Shown: positions 8,483-16,188, counted from the first letter of the stretch. The stretch is 25,328 nucleotides of DNA from Candidatus Thorarchaeota archaeon (GCA_048884785.1 JBHLQM010000018.1:1-25328), one strand, 5' to 3'. The notes: generated by a model not told the origin, from the sequence alone. Numbers and translations are program-made.

Positions 8483-10882
8483 ATGATGGCAAGGAGTATT
8501 CAGTTATTTATTTTCTGTACTCTAGTTCTTTCAGTCCTTTCTTTCAATGCTGCTATGCCTTGTGCTGAAGCAGCAGTATCTCAAGAAGGCGGTAGTCCGT
8601 TTCTAAACAAAGTCGTGTATAATGTCATAACACAAGACGACCAGCAAGTCCTTGCTCTACAAAACGATATGATTGATCTTATTGGTGATATGGTCGATCC
8701 GGCCTTTCTCCCTTCGCTTGCAGAAGCTGAGAATATTGAGGTGGCAAATGTATTAAGAAATGGGTACGGGTCGCTAATAATAAACTGTGAAAAGTACCCA
8801 TTGAATATAACGACATTCAGACGTGCGTTTGCTTTCGCTTTTGACAAGGAGGCTGTTTCTGATGACGTCTGGGATGGGCTATCTCAGCCAATAGACAGTT
8901 GTGTGCCAAGTATTAATCCATTCTCAATTGAGGGTCAGTTGCCTTACACCTATTATGAGGGAAATATTGCACTTGGCAACTATTTCCTAGACATTGCAGG
9001 TTTTTACGATGTGGATGAAGATGGTTTCAGAGAGGCTCCTGATGGATCTGATTTTGATGTTACCATAGAGTGCGCACAGTCATCCAATATTGCTATCCAA
9101 GTCGGAGCACTTGCCGCTGATGCATTGACTGCTCTAAATATTGATGCGACTTCAGTTCCAGCAGACTTCTACGAATATCTTAATCGGCTCTATTTTCATG
9201 GCAACTATGATGTTGTATTCCTCGGTTCATCGTTCAGTGATTTTGATGTTGACTGGCTTGCGTATGAGTTCTGGTCTGAGTATGCGGATGAACCATACTG
9301 GAACTTCCCCAACTTCAAGAATGCATCATACGACGCGTGGAGAGACCAGCTATTGCATTCAGTTGAGTATGATGATGTTTATGAGGCAGCTATCGTGATG
9401 CAGAAGATTTGGGTACATGCGTGTCCTATGGTCATATGCTACGAGAACATACTTCTATCAGCATATAGAACGGACAAGTTTGAAGGGTGGAAGAACGATG
9501 TTAATGGTGGAGTACCCGGATTCTGGACGAATATGATGGTCCACCTAAAAGCAGAACTAGGTGGACCGTATGGGGGAACTCTTCGATGGGGTAATCCTCT
9601 AGATATTGATACATTCAATTTCATGGCATCCTCGTCTGCATTTACCATGAACGTGCTGGAAATGCTTTATGATAGCTTGATTCGACAGGATTGGAACGGC
9701 GATGATATCATGTGGCTTGCCGAATCATATATGGCAGAGACCCACGATGACAACCCGAATGTACCTAATGGTTACACAAGGTTCACGTTCCAGATGATTC
9801 AGAATGCCACATGGACTGATGGAACTCCTCTCACTGCAGAAGATGTCGCATTCACATTGAACTACTATAGCGATGCACCTGGTAATCCCTACGGTACCGA
9901 CCTCACCCAGATGACAGCAGCTTATGCATCATCTAACTACACTGTTGTCATAGAATTTAGTACCGAGTCATTTTGGCATCTTCATACCGTTAGCTATAAG
10001 CCAATTATCCCAAAGCACATTTTCGAGGATATTGGCCTTGATCAATGGAACCTCTGGAACCCCAATCCACCCGCTGAGGAAATGGTCACCTCTGGTCCGT
10101 TCATTGTATCTGACTACGAACCTGGTGAGTTCACTGAACTAACTCGCAATCCGAACTACTTTATTGATAGAGATGTCGTATTGAACGCACCAGATATTGC
10201 TCCAGTCGATGATTTCACCATGAATGAAGGAACATCAGCTGATATTGCTTGGAATATCACTGACGATAATCCGGACCGATACGAGATACTCCATAATGGG
10301 GATTTTATTAGAGGTGGAGCAATCAATTCGACTGAAGAAGTAATTCGAATACAGCTAGAGAGCTATGGAATTGGCATTCATGAATTCACCCTAACAGCGT
10401 ACGACAAAAGCGGATTGACATCAGAAGATTCAGTTATAGTCATCATTTTGGACACAACCTCACCTGTGTTGAATCATCCACCTGACATATCATATGCAGT
10501 TGGAGACACTGGAAATAACATCACGTGGACACCAGCGGATAGAAACCCAACAATATTCATGATTATTCGGAATGATGAGGTAATACGTCAAGGCTATTGG
10601 GAGGAAGGAGACGAGATTGCTGTCAATGTGGATGGGCTCTCCGAAGGTATGTATAACTATACAATTGTTGTCTTTGATGCTGGTGTGAATTTTGCTTTTG
10701 ATTCTGTGTATGTTAATGTTGCAAATACCACTCCAACAACCCCCATTTTTGGTGAGAATATTTTGTCAATAATCTCAATCTCCATTACCATTGGCTCTAT
10801 AGGCGTGATTGTGATTGTTGTCACGCTAGTAGTTCGGTCTAGACGTAGTGAGGCCTTACAAACGCAGTGGACATTCAGTTAG
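8483..10882 (+). CDS. ABC-type solute-binding protein (family 5), circularly permuted, with two Ig-like stalk repeats and C-terminal TM anchor; paralog of 5876-7705
   Basis: Long near-identical blocks shared with 5876-7705 (NPFSIEGQL.Y.YYE.NIALGN, DFYEYLNR..FHG.YD, QNATWTDG, GNPYGTDL, SFWHLHT..YKPIIP.HIF, MVTSGPF). Two ~90-aa repeats precede the TM. Confidence 0.9.
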   Translation: MMARSIQLFIFCTLVLSVLSFNAAMPCAEAAVSQEGGSPFLNKVVYNVITQDDQQVLALQNDMIDLIGDMVDPAFLPSLAEAENIEVANVLRNGYGSLIINCEKYPLNITTFRRAFAFAFDKEAVSDDVWDGLSQPIDSCVPSINPFSIEGQLPYTYYEGNIALGNYFLDIAGFYDVDEDGFREAPDGSDFDVTIECAQSSNIAIQVGALAADALTALNIDATSVPADFYEYLNRLYFHGNYDVVFLGSSFSDFDVDWLAYEFWSEYADEPYWNFPNFKNASYDAWRDQLLHSVEYDDVYEAAIVMQKIWVHACPMVICYENILLSAYRTDKFEGWKNDVNGGVPGFWTNMMVHLKAELGGPYGGTLRWGNPLDIDTFNFMASSSAFTMNVLEMLYDSLIRQDWNGDDIMWLAESYMAETHDDNPNVPNGYTRFTFQMIQNATWTDGTPLTAEDVAFTLNYYSDAPGNPYGTDLTQMTAAYASSNYTVVIEFSTESFWHLHTVSYKPIIPKHIFEDIGLDQWNLWNPNPPAEEMVTSGPFIVSDYEPGEFTELTRNPNYFIDRDVVLNAPDIAPVDDFTMNEGTSADIAWNITDDNPDRYEILHNGDFIRGGAINSTEEVIRIQLESYGIGIHEFTLTAYDKSGLTSEDSVIVIILDTTSPVLNHPPDISYAVGDTGNNITWTPADRNPTIFMIIRNDEVIRQGYWEEGDEIAVNVDGLSEGMYNYTIVVFDAGVNFAFDSVYVNVANTTPTTPIFGENILSIISISITIGSIGVIVIVVTLVVRSRRSEALQTQWTFS
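10186..10728 (+). repeat. Two tandem ~90-aa Ig-like (beta-sandwich) protein repeats
   Basis: AP.I....D....EG....I.W...D.NP..Y.I..N...I..G ... G.HEFTL..YD..G....DSV.V.I.DTT aligns with SP.L....D....G......I.W...D.NP..F.I.RN...I..G ... G.YNYTI..FD........DSV.V.V.NTT. Boundaries are approximate. Confidence 0.75.
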
Positions 10883-11052
10883 CTGAAAAATGGTCAAATC
10901 GGCATCTCTATAGCTTAGATTGTATGCCGCAATAATGCTGGCATGTTCATGGATGTGATCAATACAGTTGATGGTGTCTGATGCAGCAAAGGTATTCATT
11001 ACGCCAAGCTTAAGTGCAAAAAGGGATGATTGAACCTTCAGAGGTCTCTAGA

Positions 11053-12942
11053 ATGAGAATGCTACAGATTCACAGTGATGGCTTTGCCTTTGAAGCCAAG
11101 AGGAAAGCACTGAAGAGTGCGGAAAAGGTTGATTCCAAAAGCTACTCTACCAAGGAGTCATGTTTAGTCAATTTCATCGCCGCCGAGACCTCCGATACAA
11201 CAAATATCACTAAAGCTGCGAAAATTACTGCTGATATGATCGCTGCAGCTGCTGATGAAGTGAAAGAGAAGAAAATCATTGTCTATCCATGGGTTCACCT
11301 TAGTGAAACGCCCTCTCCTCCTGGGGAAGCTTTGAAGCTCCTCAAGATAATAGAGAAGGATTTGAAGGAGAAGGGGTATGATGTTCTTCGAATTCCCTTT
11401 GGCTGGTATAAATCGTTCATGATAAATTGCAAGGGACATCCATTGGCAGAAAGATCCAAGGTTCTTGATGTGACCAAGGTTTCTGAAGACATTCACGGCG
11501 AGATTACCATCGGAGAAGACCTTACTGCCATTAAGGCAGAGTCAGAAGCGAGTTCAAAGTTCTACATCTTTGAACCTGATGGCAAGATATCTGAGGTGGG
11601 CAAGTTTGACTATACCGGATACGAAGATCTCAGGCTCTATGTAGCATATGAAACCGCAAAAGATAGAACTGCACAAGAGGCACCGCCTCATATTGAGATG
11701 ATGAAGAATCTTGAGCTCGTGGACTACGAACCAGGTTCTGATGCAGGTAATTTCAGGTGGCCGCCCAGAGGGCTGACTCTCAAAAAGGCGATTGAAGAAC
11801 GTGTAACCGCAGAGATGGTGGAATATGGTGCCAACGTAGTGCAGACCCCGCTTATCTACGATTATGAGCATCCTTCCCTGAAATCATATCTTCAGAGGTT
11901 TCCATCTCGTCAATATGTGGTGCGTTCTGGTGACAGTGACTACTTTGCAAGATTCTCTGCATGTTTTGGTCAATTCTTGCTTATCTCACAGGCAACTGTT
12001 TCTCACAAGCAACTGCCCTTGAAGCTGTTTGAGATTGCTCCTAGCTATAGAAGAGAACAGAGCGGAGAGCTGGCGGGAATGCGAAGACCCAGGGCATTCA
12101 CTATGCCAGATATCCACGAGTTTGTTGCAGATGTTGAGATGGCGAAGGATTCCGTGAACAATCAGATGGTCTTTGTAGAGAAGCTGATGAATGAGCTTGA
12201 AGTAAACTATGAGGTTTCATTCAGGATTCTCAGAGAGTTCTATGAGGAAAACAAGGAATTCGTCCAAGGAGTAGTGAAGAAGGTCGGCAAGCCCCTTATG
12301 ATTGAACTTTTCGAAGAGCGATATGCATACTTTATCTTCAAAGGTGAATGGAATGTTGTTGACGAACAGAAGAAAGCTGCATGTCTGGCAACTATCCAGA
12401 TTGACGTCGAGAATGCTGAGAGATTCGACATCAAGTATGTTGGAGATGATGGCAAGACAAAACGGCCGCTTATTCTACACACCTCACCATCCGGCTCGAT
12501 TGAAAGAGTTCTCTATGGTGTCCTGGAACAAGCCAATAAAGACAAGAAGAATGGAATTAAGCCCATGCTTCCTCTATGGATGACGCCAGTCCAGCTAAGA
12601 CTATTGCCTGTGGATGAAAGTCTGGTTGAATACGCAATCAAGCTAGGAAAAGAATTGGAAGCGGCAGGAATACGCTACGAGGTCGATGATCGCTCGATGA
12701 CTCTAGGAAAAAAGATACGGTCAGCTGAGAAACTCTGGATTCCGTACATCTGCGTTATTGGAGAGAAGGAGAGGGATTCAAAGATACTGTCTGTACGTAT
12801 TAGGAGAGAGGAGGAGCAGGCTTCAATGTCCATCAAGGAATTAATTGGTGAAATCTCTGAAAAAACGTCATTTGCACCGAAGCAGAGGTTGCTTTTGCCC
12901 TCCCTAATCTCTCAACAGCCAATCTTCTCGAGAGAGGTATGA
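11053..12942 (+). CDS. thrS: Threonine--tRNA ligase, archaeal type with N-terminal editing domain
   Basis: Editing domain MRMLQIHSD, YPWVHLS, PFGWYKSF.I.CKGHPLAE.S. Catalytic core DAGNFRW, RFSACFGQF, YRREQSGE, FTMPDIH, QIDVENAERFDI, LHTSPSGSIER. C-terminal anticodon-binding domain. ATG 11053 is preceded by SD GAGGT, so it is preferred over GTG 11014. Confidence 0.97.
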   Translation: MRMLQIHSDGFAFEAKRKALKSAEKVDSKSYSTKESCLVNFIAAETSDTTNITKAAKITADMIAAAADEVKEKKIIVYPWVHLSETPSPPGEALKLLKIIEKDLKEKGYDVLRIPFGWYKSFMINCKGHPLAERSKVLDVTKVSEDIHGEITIGEDLTAIKAESEASSKFYIFEPDGKISEVGKFDYTGYEDLRLYVAYETAKDRTAQEAPPHIEMMKNLELVDYEPGSDAGNFRWPPRGLTLKKAIEERVTAEMVEYGANVVQTPLIYDYEHPSLKSYLQRFPSRQYVVRSGDSDYFARFSACFGQFLLISQATVSHKQLPLKLFEIAPSYRREQSGELAGMRRPRAFTMPDIHEFVADVEMAKDSVNNQMVFVEKLMNELEVNYEVSFRILREFYEENKEFVQGVVKKVGKPLMIELFEERYAYFIFKGEWNVVDEQKKAACLATIQIDVENAERFDIKYVGDDGKTKRPLILHTSPSGSIERVLYGVLEQANKDKKNGIKPMLPLWMTPVQLRLLPVDESLVEYAIKLGKELEAAGIRYEVDDRSMTLGKKIRSAEKLWIPYICVIGEKERDSKILSVRIRREEEQASMSIKELIGEISEKTSFAPKQRLLLPSLISQQPIFSREV

Positions 12943-12962
12943 TTACAGTCCGAGGAGATGAA

Positions 12963-12994
12963 ACAATTGAGGAGCGATCATCCTCCTCAATTGT
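12963..12994 (+). terminator. 12-bp perfect hairpin downstream of thrS
   Basis: ACAATTGAGGAG (12963-12974) pairs with CTCCTCAATTGT (12983-12994), with an 8-nt loop and T-rich sequence shortly after. Confidence 0.6.
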
Positions 12995-13061
12995 GATTAT
13001 ATTTTCTGCAAGTATGATAATCTTTTTAATTACTCAAATGAACTATAAAGAATAAATAACA

Positions 13062-13316
13062 ATGGTGAAGATAGTGAGGGTAATGTCAAAAGAGACCCGA
13101 AAGAGTGTAAATCAGATTATAGAGACTGCAATCGATTTCTTTACGGGCATCTATGGTTTCTCAATCTCTGATTCCGTTCCAAACTGCTGTATTGAATTCA
13201 GAAATGACCTTGGTTATGTTACAGTTCAGGTCTTTCCTAAAGGAAAATTAAACGAAGTCGTACTAACAACTCAAGAATGGGACTACCAGATCATGCAATT
13301 TGCAGAGGCAATCTAG
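13062..13316 (+). CDS. Small hypothetical protein (84 aa) with a CC motif
   Basis: Clean ORF in an intergenic gap with an upstream TTTTTAATTA TATA-like element. The pattern A..FF...G......CC.EF....GYVTV.......EV...T.EWDYQ...F looks like a conserved small alpha/beta family (from memory). Confidence 0.75.
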   Translation: MVKIVRVMSKETRKSVNQIIETAIDFFTGIYGFSISDSVPNCCIEFRNDLGYVTVQVFPKGKLNEVVLTTQEWDYQIMQFAEAI

Positions 13317-13428
13317 AAATGCCTGTTAATTGAACCTATACTCCATCTAGATGGTACCTCAAGGAATGATTCGATAGTATTTTTACCTGCCGTATCCAGT
13401 AGTTCTTCCGTGAGGAGAGCTGTCTAGG

Positions 13429-14571
13429 GTGAAGGTTCTTGTTCTAGGTTCAGGTCAAATGGGAAAAGGCGCTGCTTATGACTTGGTAAGAAACGACAAC
13501 GTTGAGCAGGTGATATTGGCTGATATAGACGAGGCCAATGCAAAGCGACTTGCAAAAGAAATGGGACAGAAAGCTGTACCAAGAAAGGTGGATGCCAAGA
13601 ATAAGTCTCAGCTGAAAACCGCATTCTCTGAAGTCGATTCGGTTGTTAGTTGCGTTAGCTATACGGTGAATAAACTACATACTCAAGTTGCAATAGAAAC
13701 TGGGACACATATGTGCGATCTTGGGGGAAATCTGAATGTTGTCAAAGAGCAATTAGAGATGCACACTGCTGCTAAAGAGGCAGGAGTGACCATTGTGCCT
13801 GATTGCGGCCTAGCTCCTGGGATGGTGAGTGTCCTCGCGAGGGCCGGAATTGATGCAATGACCAGCGTTGAGGATGTGAAGATTAGAGTGGGCGGCCTTC
13901 AGCAGGAACCTCGTCCTCCTTTGAACTATGCTCTGATATTTTCAGTAGAAGGATTGATCAATGAGTATGTTGAACCATGCATGGTTCTAAGAGGTGGAAA
14001 GATAGCCTATGAGGAACCTTTGGTGGGGTTTGAGCAAGTTGACTTTCCACAACCATTTGGTGTCCTTGAAGCATTCAACACTTCAGGGGGGACATCTACT
14101 CTACCATTAACCTATGAAGGAAAAATCCCAAACCTCGATTACAAGACATTGAGGTATCCCGGACATGGCCATAAGATGTGGTGCATGAAAACTCTGGGAC
14201 TGATGAAGAGTGAAGAAACAGAGGTTGATGGAATTAAGATTGCTCCTCGTCGTGTATTAGAAAAAATGCTGGAAGAAAACCTGCCACCGTCCGGAAAGGA
14301 TGTTACTCTAGTTCGAGTAACAGTTTCAGGATGGAAAGGAACAGAGTCTAGACAGATTGTCTATGAGATGATTGATTATTATCATGACGAAAGCAAACTC
14401 ACCTCGATGATGAGAACAACCTCTTTCCCAGCGGCCGTCACTGCCGTCATGATGGCAGATGGAACCATCAAAGATCGAGGAGTGCTTCCCCCAGAGCGAT
14501 CAATACCTCCCGAACCGTTCATCAAGGCCCTTAGGGACCGAGGACTCGATATTCAGTTCAAGCAGATATGA
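13429..14571 (+). CDS. Saccharopine dehydrogenase family protein, lysine 6-dehydrogenase-like
   Basis: VLGSGQMG Rossmann motif, CDLGGN, PDCGLAPG, FSVEGLINEY, LEAFNTSGG, YKTLRYPGH, SMMRTT. GTG start with SD GAGGAG. Confidence 0.88.
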   Translation: MKVLVLGSGQMGKGAAYDLVRNDNVEQVILADIDEANAKRLAKEMGQKAVPRKVDAKNKSQLKTAFSEVDSVVSCVSYTVNKLHTQVAIETGTHMCDLGGNLNVVKEQLEMHTAAKEAGVTIVPDCGLAPGMVSVLARAGIDAMTSVEDVKIRVGGLQQEPRPPLNYALIFSVEGLINEYVEPCMVLRGGKIAYEEPLVGFEQVDFPQPFGVLEAFNTSGGTSTLPLTYEGKIPNLDYKTLRYPGHGHKMWCMKTLGLMKSEETEVDGIKIAPRRVLEKMLEENLPPSGKDVTLVRVTVSGWKGTESRQIVYEMIDYYHDESKLTSMMRTTSFPAAVTAVMMADGTIKDRGVLPPERSIPPEPFIKALRDRGLDIQFKQI

Positions 14572-14656
14572 AAAATGCAAAAAACACACCTAGTCTCATC
14601 AATTAGTCTCCTAGGCTATACTCCGTTTTGGTTAGACTTGCTTTAAAGATAAGGGC

Positions 14657-14669
14657 TTTTTATATAAAA
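14657..14669 (+). promoter_or_regulatory. Strong archaeal TATA box with upstream purine-rich BRE-like segment
   Basis: AAAGATAAGGGC-TTTTTATATAAAA. TTTATATA at 14659-14666 predicts a start site at about 14685-14689, where the GC-rich stem begins. Confidence 0.65.
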
Positions 14670-14685
14670 TACACAGAATAAATCA

Positions 14686-14765
14686 GAGCCGCAGTTGTGT
14701 GATCATTTTCCACACTTTGTGTTCTTTACCCGTGATCTCCGTACCCGCTGCGGCTCGCATTTTTT
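14686..14765 (+). ncRNA. Candidate small non-coding RNA or structured leader (~80 nt), family unrecognised
   Basis: Perfect 9-bp terminal stem GAGCCGCAG (14686-14694) / CTGCGGCTC (14748-14756), internal GTGTG/CACAC hairpin, pyrimidine-rich loop, T6 tract (14760-14765), and a correctly spaced TATA box upstream. Confidence 0.55.
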
Positions 14766-14808
14766 CACCGCCAGTATACTAATTAGGTCATAATCGCTTT
14801 ATGGACAC

Positions 14809-14916
14809 ATGGTTAGCCTAAGAATGCGAGCAGTACTTAGTTTGTTTCTTCTGATTTTAGGCATTGTCTTGTTTATTTTGTTCTATCTCCTGTCAAGAGG
14901 CGTACCACTGACCTAG
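14809..14916 (+). CDS. Small single-pass membrane protein (35 aa; 30 aa if started at ATG 14824), absent from the ORF track
   Basis: Manual translation MVSLRMRAVLSLFLLILGIVLFILFYLLSRGVPLT*: basic N-terminus, ~21 consecutive uncharged residues, tandem TAG TAA stops. Confidence 0.65.
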   Translation: MVSLRMRAVLSLFLLILGIVLFILFYLLSRGVPLT

Positions 14917-14961
14917 TAAGTGTTATCAGATACAACTGCTTTTTGCCTCTAGGTACTAGCA

Positions 14962-16185
14962 TTGACTGATTACTCTCACATTTATTCAAAGATTCTTGAT
15001 GCTCAGATAGTTCTTGAAGGACTCATCCACAAGACCAGGCTTGACCGATCATCCACTTTCTCCCGGCTCACCGGAGGAGATGTCTATCTAAAACTGGAGA
15101 ACCTTCAGAAGACCGGATCCTTCAAGGTGCGAGGTGCCGCGTATGCTATGTCACAACTCAGTGATGATGAGAAGAGAGGTGGTGTTATTGCGGCGTCTGC
15201 AGGAAATCACGCTCAGGGAGTTGCATATGCTGCTTCACGGCTGGGAATAAAATCAACAATCGTGATGCCAATATTCTCGCCAATAGCAAAGATCCAAGCC
15301 ACACAAGGTTATGGCGCAGATGTAGTCCTTTTCGGAGCCGCCTTTGATGATGCTCTTTCGCATGCACTTGAAACTGCAGAGAAGACAGGTGCTAAATTTC
15401 TGCATCCCTTCAACGACACCGATGTAATTGCCGGCCAAGGGACAATTGGAATGGAGATCCTAGAAGAACTTCCTGAGGTGGACATCGTTGCAGTTCCTGT
15501 GGGCGGAGGTGGAATATTCACTGGTATCGCCATTGCCATAAAGGAGCAAAGACCGAATGTGGACATCTACGGTGTCGAGGCCGAAACTGCTGCTTCAATG
15601 TATGCATCCCTTGCCAATGGGCATGTCACTTCCATCACTAATCTCGATACAATTTGCGATGGAATTGCCGTTAAGACTGTTGGAGAGAAGACCTTTGAGA
15701 TAGCACGAGACCTCCTCAAGGGCTGTGTCACGGTTAGCGATCTTGAGGTCACAAGAACCCTATTTCTCCTTCTAGAAAGGGCGAAGATAGTAGTCGAACC
15801 TGCAGGATGTGTTGGCCTTACAGCATTTCATAGTGGTCAGATAAATGTGAAAGGAAAGACCGCTGTTGCAGTTCTATCCGGAGGCAATATCGATATGAGC
15901 CTCATGGCACGCATCATTGACAAGGAACTCTATCGGCTTGGCAGGAATGTCCGACTTAAAGGTACGATATCTGATAGAGTGGGTACATTAAACAAGGTCA
16001 TTGAGCTTGTTGCGGAATCTGGGGTTAGCGTAATTGAACTTGATCAGGACCGCAGCGATCCCGATATACTTCCAAACAAGACGGATCTCACCATGATTCT
16101 TGAGGTTCCTGATGAGTCTGCCGTTGAGAAACTTCTTCGGCTCTTGGGTGAGCATGGATTCAGTTTCCATAGATATGAGGACTAA
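14962..16185 (+). CDS. ilvA: Threonine ammonia-lyase (dehydratase) with a single C-terminal ACT domain
   Basis: LKLENLQKTGSFKVRGA (PLP lysine), AASAGNHAQGVA, HPFND..VIAGQGT, PVGGGG, VEPAG, SGGNID, and ACT-like D.VG.L..V. TTG start. Confidence 0.93.
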   Translation: MTDYSHIYSKILDAQIVLEGLIHKTRLDRSSTFSRLTGGDVYLKLENLQKTGSFKVRGAAYAMSQLSDDEKRGGVIAASAGNHAQGVAYAASRLGIKSTIVMPIFSPIAKIQATQGYGADVVLFGAAFDDALSHALETAEKTGAKFLHPFNDTDVIAGQGTIGMEILEELPEVDIVAVPVGGGGIFTGIAIAIKEQRPNVDIYGVEAETAASMYASLANGHVTSITNLDTICDGIAVKTVGEKTFEIARDLLKGCVTVSDLEVTRTLFLLLERAKIVVEPAGCVGLTAFHSGQINVKGKTAVAVLSGGNIDMSLMARIIDKELYRLGRNVRLKGTISDRVGTLNKVIELVAESGVSVIELDQDRSDPDILPNKTDLTMILEVPDESAVEKLLRLLGEHGFSFHRYED

Positions 16186-16188
16186 TCA

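Noticed and set aside
10883-11052. T-box or attenuator upstream of thrS
   Set aside because: No AGGGTGGNACCGCG motif or Thr-rich leader peptide. Only short hairpins such as CGGCAT/ATGCCG, and T-boxes are bacterial.
14575-14646. 23-aa ORF MQKTHLVSSISLLGYTPFWLDLL after the lysine dehydrogenase
   Set aside because: No SD, no distinctive composition, and a length expected by chance.
14686-14760. tRNA, tRNA-Sec (9-bp acceptor-like stem) or box C/D sRNA
   Set aside because: No D, anticodon or T arms and no GTTCRA loop. GTGATCA resembles a C box, but there is no properly placed CTGA D box on the + strand.
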